DNA from: a virus
Strand: one strand, 5' to 3'
Length of the DNA stretch: 64,000 nucleotides
IMG/VR virus record: IMGVR_UViG_3300033149_003588
Location: 10,460 to 74,459 of that record
Shown here: piece after piece, positions 30,801 to 39,742 of the stretch
Layout: the number at the start of each line of letters is the position of its first letter
How positions within the stretch are numbered: position 1 is the first letter of the stretch
Notes under the pieces: generated by a model
Told to the model about the DNA's origin: nothing
The model's input: the letters and a program-made list of their open reading frames with translations, nothing else
Databases searched by the model: none
Position numbers and translations under genes: made by a program

Positions 30801-32995
30801 TGATAATTAGTAGACGCACTAGTTATATTTTTAATAATATTATCTAGAAACCCTCGCAAATGCGCAGACATGTCACTAACGCGCATCCCCATCTTAGTAA
30901 ATATATCATTAATACTTTCAGCCTCAGTTTTTATAGATTTTACATAATCCCTGTATTCTTTCGTTCCCTTCGTCGGCATGGGCTTAGATAATAATTCTTG
31001 TATTTTTTTAGTATGCTCCATTGCCTCATCTAAACCCTCTGGCATCATATCAAGTCTCTCATACATAGAACCAAATAATCTACTTAATACTTCCGGAGCA
31101 CCCTCAGCACCTAAAACCTTGCCAAATATACCACCGGCAGCTGTAATCTTATCTTGTAAAGCAGTAATCTCTTTCATGTAGTCCTGGGGGGTACCACCCA
31201 TAAATGCTGCTATCTGTTCTTTATTAACTGGCATAAACCTGCCGGTAAGTGTCATACCCAATTGAGATCTAAGTTTTTTACCCCTTGCAAAATTAATGAT
31301 ACCCTGCCATCCTCCTACAAAGCCACTCTTAATACCCTTAGCAACACCTCCAGCAATTTCTCTAGTGAGCCCCCATGTCACACGATTAACAAAATCACTA
31401 TATAAATCGGGACCCAAAAGTCTAGACATCTTTGTACCTTCACGGAATAACCTAGACTCACCTAATGGTCTGGGTTTTCTTTTAAATATGGTATCCCAGA
31501 ATCTGGGCATCTCACTTACTTCGGCCATCATACCACGTATAGCAGGTTCGGCAGATCTAATGTACTCAGCACCCATATGCTCCATACCAATACCACCAGC
31601 TATCTTGGCAATTCTGCTTAATGTTGTCTTATCAATTTTCCCCTTAAATCCCTTCTTAGCAACATCATACATGGACCTTCTATAATTCATTAGTGCATCA
31701 TAGGTCTCAGCTTCTGCAGATATCTCAAGTTGTTGTTCCAAGAACGCCCCAATAGCAGCACCCCTGCCACCAACAGTTGGTCCGCCCCGACCAGCACCAG
31801 TAAGAAAACCACGTCCTAGCCCCGCAAGTGTCGGTGACATTCTACCAAGACCAGACAATGCAATCTTAAGCTTATCAGTAGCAGCAGTCCATTTTTCTAC
31901 ACCAAATACAGCAGTCCCCATATAATTAGTTAAACGAGCCATAAATGCCAAAAATCCCACAAGCATAACACCCTTCAAAAGCATTGTAAATCCCTTTAAC
32001 GGCGAAATTAATAATCCAAGAGCAATTACAATACTAAACAATATACTCTGTAGTTTAACAAGCCATTTTATCACTAATTGCATCATAGGAGACGAAACGA
32101 TTTCGTATAAAAGTTCCCATAATTTAGATAAATTATTATATAAATCCTGGAATCCTGGAGCAGCTGCTGCACCTATGGACTGGATTATTTTTTCACGAAT
32201 ACGACTAAATCTTTCCCATCCAAGTAGATTCTCTTCCAACAACATAGATTGTATGCCTTGATATGATAATCCTTGTTTAACCATCTCATTAAATACCGCT
32301 TGTTCTTTGGCAGTATTATCTAATTCCCTAGCGGTCTTCCCAAGCCTTCGTGCCGCAGAATTAAGTACCTGATCTAATCTAAAGTTTACACCGATATTAT
32401 CTAATATATTAGGATTTAACTGACGGAATCCACGTGACACTAATTGTATAGCATCATTAAAATCATATCCCATAACTCTGCTACCATCTTTGACTTGTTT
32501 AATAAATGTTTCTATCTGTTCAGTAGACAATGATGTACCAAGCAATCTCATAGTACCCTGCATTAAATCCATCTTCTTGGTAGTAGCGTCAACATTGCGC
32601 TCGATCATCGATAGAATGCTAGACACATTTCTACCAGTAGTCATCGATATATGTTCTATCGATTTTTGCAATACCATCATTTTGCGTGCTCTGCTTTCAG
32701 CATAAGCAAAAAAACCGCCCAGAACTCCCTGTAATGTTAGTATTTTTCTTTGTAAACGACGTATAGGCCTGATAGTAAATCTTGTAAGTAGTCGATCGAA
32801 TGATCGGATATCTTGCTTTAAATCATTAGATACACTTCCAAATATTTGTCCTAGTTTATGAGCATGTCGCCTGGCATTTTTCTCGTTGCGTAGCATAGCA
32901 CCACGAGAGGCTATTTCAAGTTCCTCAGCGTAATGTTGCATAGCTTCTATACCCTCAGGATATATCGATCCTTCAAATATTTCTCTGCCTGGCAT
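27896..32995 (-). CDS. Tail tape measure protein
   Basis: 1699-aa helical protein with LNPNILDNIGV...AARRLGKTARELDNTAKEQA TMP motif and hydrophobic segments; follows the tail chaperones. Confidence 0.9.
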   Translation of the reverse strand: MPGREIFEGSIYPEGIEAMQHYAEELEIASRGAMLRNEKNARRHAHKLGQIFGSVSNDLKQDIRSFDRLLTRFTIRPIRRLQRKILTLQGVLGGFFAYAESRARKMMVLQKSIEHISMTTGRNVSSILSMIERNVDATTKKMDLMQGTMRLLGTSLSTEQIETFIKQVKDGSRVMGYDFNDAIQLVSRGFRQLNPNILDNIGVNFRLDQVLNSAARRLGKTARELDNTAKEQAVFNEMVKQGLSYQGIQSMLLEENLLGWERFSRIREKIIQSIGAAAAPGFQDLYNNLSKLWELLYEIVSSPMMQLVIKWLVKLQSILFSIVIALGLLISPLKGFTMLLKGVMLVGFLAFMARLTNYMGTAVFGVEKWTAATDKLKIALSGLGRMSPTLAGLGRGFLTGAGRGGPTVGGRGAAIGAFLEQQLEISAEAETYDALMNYRRSMYDVAKKGFKGKIDKTTLSRIAKIAGGIGMEHMGAEYIRSAEPAIRGMMAEVSEMPRFWDTIFKRKPRPLGESRLFREGTKMSRLLGPDLYSDFVNRVTWGLTREIAGGVAKGIKSGFVGGWQGIINFARGKKLRSQLGMTLTGRFMPVNKEQIAAFMGGTPQDYMKEITALQDKITAAGGIFGKVLGAEGAPEVLSRLFGSMYERLDMMPEGLDEAMEHTKKIQELLSKPMPTKGTKEYRDYVKSIKTEAESINDIFTKMGMRVSDMSAHLRGFLDNIIKNITSASTNYQLMGKYITRLGEGIDTKGFIKIEDTISNIRAMVTDTAFKAIGELSPEFKVGYKALAEAIDDYDKAIEAQRTADDPVKAQEDIRRAAEGVRNKMLELRVATQKSIKPMQEMRAAAKEFLQPISNIVSAWQEVDQMMIHVAKGKGMEYFKRTLGILATGAWGVVKAFNAILWSLGKMVIFMAALRIAFGIWSYYSKKESDTIKKMKEDLAAVKRGFKNAEEEAAVLKKTIGDTKLIPLERRRILMGMTPEEFSKVVAASKVLGKSMDDMYDILIRQERGGIFQGGFNIAEKFKLGFSRFTMQFQGFQREYEQMMEVEPRIVTGTAVNQINILQRALVSLHDVPGISSLRQQETIARTLIALFTYLDLPKQRAQMVKFWRSITSEIKNIQTALSGAKISDWMAALGVDEVIGAIITLKTYKDEIKGIPETIEKLHKDLSRIRERQLEIDAEVEIDEKDAQATYDEFHRAVKDWGRVEFGIDFSERDAKMMADIWESMNKNLRGIDPKLFNYNEAMIAYTSHEVGQIGMGITRRQKANLAMGRELKRIYEEHGQALQNVGTAHGKIGISVAEIVQGYVKYGKQVATIADRQNDVLKHEAERGRLLDEESEKLAEIRAAEESFAEITKKRTEAAKTLANAYNAVLTVVIKTHDTMAEIIGLVRKAKGYITGKLFPGFEDPFYEYETLIMQLEEKRQAFEAIMGTPIKEFATMGDRAREVMEKNIFGDPMLGEHIIERGQSLLSALSEVYERGFELGMPMDDIKRDMLAVADILEITGTTKLGKQAQYLVNLRAVYEDVAKPVIDKMHDATFLLTGAFAQGASVADSLDLAAKHFADVIPGLEKTIGVFQDIFTSEAFKKATEGIKFGEAAEKLSKVIDEATQTIRKQLPPAIGIGREEALNKLNDMPELIHSISEQSESNIELANAVKNLVAQYTNDINITGSAEIILKDERGNQLGATELHITTTNLPISGD

Positions 32996-33422
32996 CCTTC
33001 CCTCGATCTTTTAGTATCTTTTTACACAATACAGCCCTAAATAAATCTTCTTTGGCTGCAACATTGTATCCATCATATCTTATATTATTATTATCTAGTA
33101 ATTCTTTGAGCGCTTCAACATCGCCCTCTGGAAACCCAAGTGTATTCTTAATTAATTGTTTATCTAATCCCCTGAATCCTTTTATTCCAAACGTATCCCT
33201 ACTGTCACCCTTATTATCTTTTTTATCGTCTTCACTACCACCCAACATAGCAATCCAGAATTCGGCCTGTTGTAACTGCTTATTTAAAGAATATACATAA
33301 AACGATGTAACCTGGTCAATTGTTAATGCTAATGCTCTATCTATATCATAATTATACGCATGTATAATCTCTAGAATTATTAAACCTAATATTTGTTTGA
33401 CAGCAAATAATGTCTGACCCAC
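32973..33422 (-). CDS. Tail assembly chaperone, second ORF (gpT-like)
   Basis: Lies between the first chaperone and the TMP; in the -1 frame of the upstream gene; ALTIDQV motif. Confidence 0.65.
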   Translation of the reverse strand: MGQTLFAVKQILGLIILEIIHAYNYDIDRALALTIDQVTSFYVYSLNKQLQQAEFWIAMLGGSEDDKKDNKGDSRDTFGIKGFRGLDKQLIKNTLGFPEGDVEALKELLDNNNIRYDGYNVAAKEDLFRAVLCKKILKDRGKDARQRNI

Positions 33423-33916
33423 TAATCCTCTTTGGGGATGTCGAGATTCGTAATCTTCGGACTTGATATTTGGGGTGTGCCTCGTATTTGTTTGAAAATA
33501 TCGAAGCCTACACCCAAATCTAAAAAATTTAGTTCATATACCACCTTAGCCGCATATATAGCCTCCGAAATAGTTATAGTGCCAACTATCTGATCTGAAG
33601 ATAAATCTATACCATCATGCTGAGCAAGAATATCACCTATGTTCTCTTTAATTATATCTATAAAGGTCAATTCTGGGCATTGTGGTATGGTATCTGCTTG
33701 TCCATCTTTGGCATCTCTATACCGTGTATAGGCATCCCAATAGTCGAATATACTATCAACCATGGCACCAATATTCTTAATCAAATCTAACACTATACCT
33801 ATTGGAAGTGGTTTAATATAATAAGACTTACCACCAATTAATATTTCTGATGCCTCTTTTCTAATATCTTCTAGTGTTATCGTCCCCAATAACTCCTTAA
33901 TTTTTTCCTTGTCCAT
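33422..33916 (-). CDS. Tail assembly chaperone (gpG-like)
   Basis: IGGKSYYIKPLPIG; ends ...YELNFL; position between tail tube and TMP. Confidence 0.7.
   Translation of the reverse strand: MDKEKIKELLGTITLEDIRKEASEILIGGKSYYIKPLPIGIVLDLIKNIGAMVDSIFDYWDAYTRYRDAKDGQADTIPQCPELTFIDIIKENIGDILAQHDGIDLSSDQIVGTITISEAIYAAKVVYELNFLDLGVGFDIFKQIRGTPQISSPKITNLDIPKED
33521..33527 (-). other. Candidate -1 ribosomal frameshift heptamer T TTT TTA
   Basis: In-frame AAT TTT TTA; the -1 frame stays open from here into ORF 32973..33422. Confidence 0.6.
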
Positions 33917-34084
33917 TGTATCTCCTTATCTCATATATTTATATACATTTACTAATCTTATTTATTAAACAAGACTAGAATAGTTAATACAACCAGCACT
34001 ATAATCATTAGAGCAAGAAATTGGCTGTCGCCAAGGAATGCCTTGATTTCCTCATATATTTTCATATGTCATCATGTACTACAA

Positions 34085-34112
34085 TGATAATAGGGGACAA
34101 ACCCTATCATCA
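34085..34112 (-). terminator. Hairpin downstream of the tail tube gene (terminator/stabiliser)
   Basis: Minus strand TGATGATAGGG-TTTGTC-CCCTATTATCA followed by TTG; weak U tract. Confidence 0.45.
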
Positions 34113-34124
34113 CTAATCTAATAA

Positions 34125-34910
34125 TTAACTAGGTGCTTCAACCTTTTCAATTGTAATATCATAGGTTACCCAATCTGTTTTGCTCTCTCTTTTTTCAAGG
34201 GAAGTGATAATACCAGTAAGACTCTGGGTAACAGGAGTATCTGCTGGCAACATACTGGTAGCAGTAAGTTTTACTTCTCCGCCAATAGCTATACCAGTGT
34301 CAGGTGTAACAGCTTCAATATAAGCAGTTTCTCCACTAACGCCACTGGGAATCTCACCTTCGAATGTAGCAGTCATGGTCTTGGTTAACCTAACACCTCT
34401 AATGCCAACAACCTGAATAAGCGGATCATTATAAACGCCAGTACCACTAACACGTTCTACTTCATCAACATCCAGTCTCTCAGTATAAGTGGCAGTTGTC
34501 ATGGGGCCAAGCAGACCATACGCAGGACATGCATCCGAAGTAAATGCCGTTAATTCGTTAGCAGTGCCACATTCACCGCTAGCATAAAGGGTATATGCAG
34601 CTCTAAATTGCACATCGTCTTCTCGATTCCACGTGATTTCTCGTTCATTTAAGAACCAACTCACAGTGCCAAGAAATTCTGTGGGATCAAATCCTCCAGA
34701 AGTAAATGTATCTGTATCCGGGACGCCATCAAGAGCATCATATGTACAATCTGCAGTGATATTGATTTTTTGAACAGCTTCTACATCTTGTACAAGAATA
34801 TGCTGTGTTGGATCACCAAATTCGTGCCTAAGCACATCAACATTGGCAGACACAGTAAGATCTATAACTCCTCCATCTGTACCAAAGGCTAGGCCATCTA
34901 TCACGGGCAT
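34125..34910 (-). CDS. Probable major tail (tube) protein
   Basis: 261 aa, acidic and T-rich, strong GGAGG SD, located between neck genes and chaperones. Assignment is mainly by synteny. Confidence 0.6.
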   Translation of the reverse strand: MPVIDGLAFGTDGGVIDLTVSANVDVLRHEFGDPTQHILVQDVEAVQKINITADCTYDALDGVPDTDTFTSGGFDPTEFLGTVSWFLNEREITWNREDDVQFRAAYTLYASGECGTANELTAFTSDACPAYGLLGPMTTATYTERLDVDEVERVSGTGVYNDPLIQVVGIRGVRLTKTMTATFEGEIPSGVSGETAYIEAVTPDTGIAIGGEVKLTATSMLPADTPVTQSLTGIITSLEKRESKTDWVTYDITIEKVEAPS

Positions 34911-34934
34911 AATAACCTCCTTCTATTATCTATA

Positions 34935-35429
34935 CTACTCTATTGAAACAGTTTGACAAAATACCAATCTAACAAGTATGTGACCACACCAACAATTATA
35001 TCTATCACCTAATCTACCTCTATTTAAAACAGAAAAACCAAGAGTACCAACAGCATCACCATCTGGTACCGTAGAACCCTCCTCACGCCTAAATCCAGGA
35101 TATCTATCGTATTCCACAATAACATTGTTAGGATCATCATTTACAAAAATCTCTGTAACTTTATCTAGAGCTTCATAAAGCGGCCAAATATATCGATATT
35201 CTTCTTGCTTCATAAAGACCAAAATATCAAAAGAACTATTAATACCCCTATCCTCCCCACTAATAACACCCATATTAATAGACATCCACTTGTTAATCTT
35301 GGTCTTGTCAAACTTGGCATCACCCATATCCAATTCCCAATCGGGCATATGACTAGATATGATATACCCTAGATTTTCCAATAAATTTCTATAGCTTAAC
35401 TTATTATTAAGAGCCATGATAATATCCAC
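34935..35429 (-). CDS. Putative tail terminator/completion protein
   Basis: Size and position just upstream of the tail tube gene. Confidence 0.5.
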   Translation of the reverse strand: MDIIMALNNKLSYRNLLENLGYIISSHMPDWELDMGDAKFDKTKINKWMSINMGVISGEDRGINSSFDILVFMKQEEYRYIWPLYEALDKVTEIFVNDDPNNVIVEYDRYPGFRREEGSTVPDGDAVGTLGFSVLNRGRLGDRYNCWCGHILVRLVFCQTVSIE

Positions 35430-35472
35430 ATATAGAACACTTATTATAATAATACATTGTGAATGTCCTCAT

Positions 35473-35889
35473 CTAATCAAAATCAATGCTACGACAATAT
35501 GCAACATAATTACCCATAGGACTAGGAACAATCCTATATATACGTAATGTCACAATCGCCTCATCGGACTTTCCGATTAAAATACCTTCTACATCAAGAT
35601 GCTCACCAACATATATTGCTTCACGCGTGGTAATTAACCAGTCCCCACTCTGTATTAGTCCTCCGCTCTTATCTATGTCCTCTAAACTAGTAGCGGCTAT
35701 ATCACAATCCATGGTTACACTGGCATCTTCAAATGTGGGTTCTATTCCAGCAGCAGGATCACCAGCATCAATTATGGTTTTACGCTTTACAATGACTTCT
35801 GGATTACCATGAATACTTCGTGATAATTCCCAGACAATGCGCTCGGCTCTAATTAAATTATTTATTTGTGCCTGTGTAAACCCACTCAA
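35473..35889 (-). CDS. Putative head closure protein
   Basis: GDPAAGIEP...SGGLIQSGDW motif typical of head-closure proteins; neck position. Confidence 0.55.
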   Translation of the reverse strand: MSGFTQAQINNLIRAERIVWELSRSIHGNPEVIVKRKTIIDAGDPAAGIEPTFEDASVTMDCDIAATSLEDIDKSGGLIQSGDWLITTREAIYVGEHLDVEGILIGKSDEAIVTLRIYRIVPSPMGNYVAYCRSIDFD

Positions 35890-35945
35890 TATATATCCCC
35901 ATAAATTCCAATATAGTCTTCCATCTTAAACTAGTCTTATAATAT

Positions 35946-37721
35946 CTAATCATCAGGCAAAATAATTATATCGTCATCATAATCACCTATCTGCCAATCA
36001 TCATACCAACGATTCGTTACATCAATACTATGAATATTATCAAGTAGCTCTCCATACTCCTCAATGTGCCATTCAATAGTGTCAAAGAAATCAACATCAC
36101 ACACTGGCGGGGCATTAGTCCATAGTCCTTTATCTTCCAATTTCCCTTGAATATTTCGTTTAAATTTCTTATCATAATAATTGTCAAATATTTGTCTAAT
36201 ACGTCTTAATATTTTAGATGACATTAAACTAGTAATTTGAGTATTGTCCTCAGTTCCAAATATAGGCACCAGTATATAATTAGATAATACAGCTATTAAT
36301 GCATATGCTGCGGCTATTTTAATAATCCACAAGACATCGAGCGAGTCATTATACGTAAGATATATGTCCTCCCAATCAGTAACAATTGCAGCAGCAAAAT
36401 CTAAAGCATCCAGTAGTGCCCGATCGGTAGTAAAATCAGCACATTCACCAAGTTCACGTTTCAACATCATAATCAGCCATGAAGTAGTAACCCTAGTACT
36501 TAAGCATGCAGACAATAACAAATCACTAAATGACACAGCAGAAATGTATAATGTTATATCAGGAGATTCCAACCCTACATTGCCATCAACTCCAAGCGCA
36601 CTCAATATATCTGGCGCATCATAATATATACGTATCATATCACAACCATTATGGGTATCATAATATAATTTACTACCATTATAAACAAAAAGATAGGGAG
36701 TATATGTATCTACATCGTATCTTATCTCAAAATCTCTATACTGTTCATAATCAGAACCATGATCAGTTTCTACTGTTATGGTTCTTTCTAATTCATCATA
36801 CGCAGCTATATCCCAATGATAGGGAGGATATTGCCTCCAATAAGGAATCGGATAGTTCTGACACGATTGTATATAGCATCCACCTCTATATTGTCTTTTT
36901 ACCCTACGTAGAGGCATTCCGTCTTCCCTATATCCACCAGGCCCTAATAAATTCCCCCACGATATGCCAAATCTATATTCATCTGGTGACACCCAACCAT
37001 AATCGTCATCCCACATTTCCCATTGATCAATAGTATATACTCTATTACCTGGCACTAATTCTGGATGTAGCTCAATACATCTACGCTCATCAATATCACC
37101 GTCAGTGTCAGGGGCAAATATATCACCGCCATCACCCCAATCAACACCACCAGCACCACCTCCACCACCCATACCACCTCCTCCAATAGGACACCAATCA
37201 CCATTACCACCCCCCTCCCAATCTTCTGGACTATTAGGATCTATATCAATCCAACCACTAAATGTATTATAAAAATGAAATAATATATTAGTATCACTAT
37301 AGACAGTCTCTGGTTGAATACTTTCAAACTCTACATATATGTCATGGTGTGATACTGTAAGTGCTATTACTTTATGATAAATATTAACATCATAACAATT
37401 AACCGCAGTCGCAGGATAATAGATATTAGCATCATTATAGCTTAATATGCTTTGGCCAAACTGTACATCTACATCATAATAACCAGGAACACTTACCGGT
37501 AAGTAAACATCTATATCATCGTAGCCCTCTATTATATCACAATGTGCTTCTATAACAATATCGTGATATACCTCAGTCTGAAAAAATATATCAATACTTG
37601 TTTCACTATCATAGCAACACAGGGCAGCAGTTATAGCGGTATCACTGTAATCCGTAACCACGTGGATTACATCAACACCGCTAGAATTATGTCCTATTAT
37701 TATGTGCATGTTTATATACAA
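35946..37721 (-). CDS. Virion/neck-region protein with YxDxxIY repeats and a Gly-rich linker
   Basis: About nine N-terminal repeats, a GGGGMGGGGGAGG linker and a helical C-terminus; start codon uncertain. Confidence 0.55.
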   Translation of the reverse strand: MYINMHIIIGHNSSGVDVIHVVTDYSDTAITAALCCYDSETSIDIFFQTEVYHDIVIEAHCDIIEGYDDIDVYLPVSVPGYYDVDVQFGQSILSYNDANIYYPATAVNCYDVNIYHKVIALTVSHHDIYVEFESIQPETVYSDTNILFHFYNTFSGWIDIDPNSPEDWEGGGNGDWCPIGGGGMGGGGGAGGVDWGDGGDIFAPDTDGDIDERRCIELHPELVPGNRVYTIDQWEMWDDDYGWVSPDEYRFGISWGNLLGPGGYREDGMPLRRVKRQYRGGCYIQSCQNYPIPYWRQYPPYHWDIAAYDELERTITVETDHGSDYEQYRDFEIRYDVDTYTPYLFVYNGSKLYYDTHNGCDMIRIYYDAPDILSALGVDGNVGLESPDITLYISAVSFSDLLLSACLSTRVTTSWLIMMLKRELGECADFTTDRALLDALDFAAAIVTDWEDIYLTYNDSLDVLWIIKIAAAYALIAVLSNYILVPIFGTEDNTQITSLMSSKILRRIRQIFDNYYDKKFKRNIQGKLEDKGLWTNAPPVCDVDFFDTIEWHIEEYGELLDNIHSIDVTNRWYDDWQIGDYDDDIIILPDD

Positions 37722-37773
37722 ATGGCGCTCATTACAAGCGCCAATCAGTGTTAGTAAGTACTTTTATAAACTA

Positions 37774-37962
37774 CTATTTGCCCAAGAATTTGGCAGAAAT
37801 TTGTTTTAATCTTTTTAAATACTTCCTCCATGATTGAGGCACGCCACCCATTAATGGATATCTAGAAGGCAACACCTTGGTATTTATACCCACCGAGTGA
37901 GGCATTTCAACAGTACTCATTAGCTCTTGAATATGTTCTTTATTCACAATAGGTATAATCAT
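37774..37962 (-). CDS. IQE-leader small basic protein (MIIPIVNKEHIQE)
   Basis: Shared leader; basic amphipathic C-terminus; ATGA overlap. Confidence 0.75.
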   Translation of the reverse strand: MIIPIVNKEHIQELMSTVEMPHSVGINTKVLPSRYPLMGGVPQSWRKYLKRLKQISAKFLGK

Positions 37963-38288
37963 TTTATATTTCTAATCTGTTTGAGTATATTTTTACCAAG
38001 CTTTTTATATGTCTTGCCAAGATTAATACGATGAGCTATCTTCTGGGTTAATATAGGGATCCTGTTACCCAAATATTTCTGGTGAAACATGGGTTCACTA
38101 ATACTTTTCCCACTATAAAATCTGCCCAGCATAGTACCTATATATTTCTCTCTATTAGTCCATCTTTTAAGTGGAGATTTTATCACTGCAAGCGCACCAG
38201 CCACAGGATCACCACCACCCATATATGTAGCATATCTCCTCAACGAGCCTGGCAGCCTTTCCTGTATACTCATAATTGGAATAATCAT
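37959..38288 (-). CDS. IQE-leader small basic protein (MIIPIMSIQE)
   Basis: Shared leader; K/R-rich cargo. Confidence 0.8.
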   Translation of the reverse strand: MIIPIMSIQERLPGSLRRYATYMGGGDPVAGALAVIKSPLKRWTNREKYIGTMLGRFYSGKSISEPMFHQKYLGNRIPILTQKIAHRINLGKTYKKLGKNILKQIRNIK

Positions 38289-38311
38289 AATATTGTTATC
38301 ATTAGATATAA

Positions 38312-38388
38312 TGGAGGTGTGGGCATCGAAGCCCAGTCCATGAATTACCTATATAAGGTCTTAATTCATGTCGAAACCTTTCACCCCC
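38312..38388 (-). ncRNA. ssrA: Mini-tmRNA: ssrA-like tRNA(Ala)-like domain only, no mRNA-like domain
   Basis: GGGGGTG AAAGGTTTCGAC ATGAATTA AGA CCT TATAT AGG TAATTCAT GGAC TGGGC TTCGAT GCCCA CACCTCC A: 7-bp acceptor stem with G3.U70 and discriminator A, tmRNA-type stemless D loop, closed P2-like helix, GGAC linker, T arm (6-nt loop). CCA is not encoded. Confidence 0.8.
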
Positions 38389-38399
38389 ATACTTGTATA

Positions 38400-39212
38400 C
38401 TATATTGCACTGTACCACCATTTACTATAAGTAGTAACAAGATCATCCTCTGTCTCGTGACTACCAATTTTATATTGCGTACTATCTATCCCCGTATCTC
38501 TTTCCACATCATATTGTACACTTGTAAAGTCCGCCACCGCTGATTCTTCTATCTTTCGCCAATATACTACACCATCTATAATCTCACGATACATACGCTG
38601 CTGCTCTCTTTCCCAATGAGAATCGAATACCCTTATGGCATCCATAATTTTTGTACTTAAATTTCCTGCGCCAATATTTGATCCAGGTTGACTTATACTA
38701 GGAATTAATAACCACTGATTTAATATTATCTGATAACAATGTCTCACGGCTCTATTGGTCAACCAACTTATATCCCACTTATTTAATTCAGATAAATCTG
38801 ATGGAATTTCTTTAACATCAGCTTCTGAGTGCATAAGGGCATCCCCGATTGCAGCACTTGATAATGAATCTGCCAAAGGGCCCAACTGTCTTATAACTCT
38901 ACCTAATAAACTATTACCCGTGTCCTCTTCTACTATAAATATTCTTTCAAATGTGGTATCACCAGCGGTCCATATATCTTTGTATATACCAGCAGTGTTG
39001 ATTGTTATAGTAATAGTATATTGACCAATTATGACCTCAGTAATGTCAGAAACATTAAGTGATATATCTGTATATTCTACCCAACCAGTTTCACCATCTA
39101 AATGATATATAGCAACATCAGTAAATCCAGGGTTATACAGTTCACCATCTTGATTATATGTAACCAAAGTTAGAGTTATAGGCTCGTCTATCGTATTATT
39201 ATAACGACTCAC
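38400..39212 (-). CDS. Putative head-tail adaptor/connector
   Basis: N-terminal Ig-like segment (IGQYTITITINTAGIYKDIW) and helical C-terminal adaptor-like domain; position upstream of the neck genes. Confidence 0.5.
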   Translation of the reverse strand: MSRYNNTIDEPITLTLVTYNQDGELYNPGFTDVAIYHLDGETGWVEYTDISLNVSDITEVIIGQYTITITINTAGIYKDIWTAGDTTFERIFIVEEDTGNSLLGRVIRQLGPLADSLSSAAIGDALMHSEADVKEIPSDLSELNKWDISWLTNRAVRHCYQIILNQWLLIPSISQPGSNIGAGNLSTKIMDAIRVFDSHWEREQQRMYREIIDGVVYWRKIEESAVADFTSVQYDVERDTGIDSTQYKIGSHETEDDLVTTYSKWWYSAI

Positions 39213-39245
39213 AGTCCATTCTCCCTAAATCTACATGATAACCCA

Positions 39246-39512
39246 TTATAAACGTGGTCTTTTTGCCTTTAAGTATATCTGTCCTATATTTTTATATATT
39301 TTCCCAGCATCTGTGCCCACATTTCGAGCTGCCATATAACCATAGAATTTCTTCTTCAATAATTTGGCTACATGTGGATTCTTGATATTGCCAAATGACG
39401 GAAGTATGAGGGCGTATTTACCACCATACGACGGGCTAGATATTAATTTCCTAAACATACCCATAACAGCAGACGGTGGAGTTTCTTGAATATGTATAAT
39501 AGGTATCAACAC
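39246..39512 (-). CDS. IQE-leader small basic protein (MLIPIIHIQE)
   Basis: Shared leader; GTG start in a TAGTG overlap. Confidence 0.8.
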   Translation of the reverse strand: MLIPIIHIQETPPSAVMGMFRKLISSPSYGGKYALILPSFGNIKNPHVAKLLKKKFYGYMAARNVGTDAGKIYKNIGQIYLKAKRPRL

Positions 39513-39742
39513 TACGACTTCCTCTTCTTACCTAGACCCTTTCCTTCGCCCTCACCAAAACCGGGACCCTCTTCACACGGCTCAGTGTTCTTATTTCTTC
39601 TCAGACCACCAGGCATACCTTTACCCTTGCCTGCTCCGGCCTTCTGTCCATAAATTACTGATTTTCCTCTACCACGTCTGAATAATCTGGCAAATAGATC
39701 ACCAATTTTCGTTTCCTGAATTATAATCGGTATTACCATCAT
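39512..39742 (-). CDS. IQE-leader G/K-rich protein (MMVIPIIIQE)
   Basis: Shared leader; GKGKGMPGGLRRNKN...GPGFGEGEGKGLG cargo; ATGA overlap with the endolysin gene. Confidence 0.8.
   Translation of the reverse strand: MMVIPIIIQETKIGDLFARLFRRGRGKSVIYGQKAGAGKGKGMPGGLRRNKNTEPCEEGPGFGEGEGKGLGKKRKS

Noticed and set aside
38312-38388. Ordinary tRNA gene
   Set aside because: There is no D stem and no canonical anticodon arm; the ends match tmRNA rather than tRNA.
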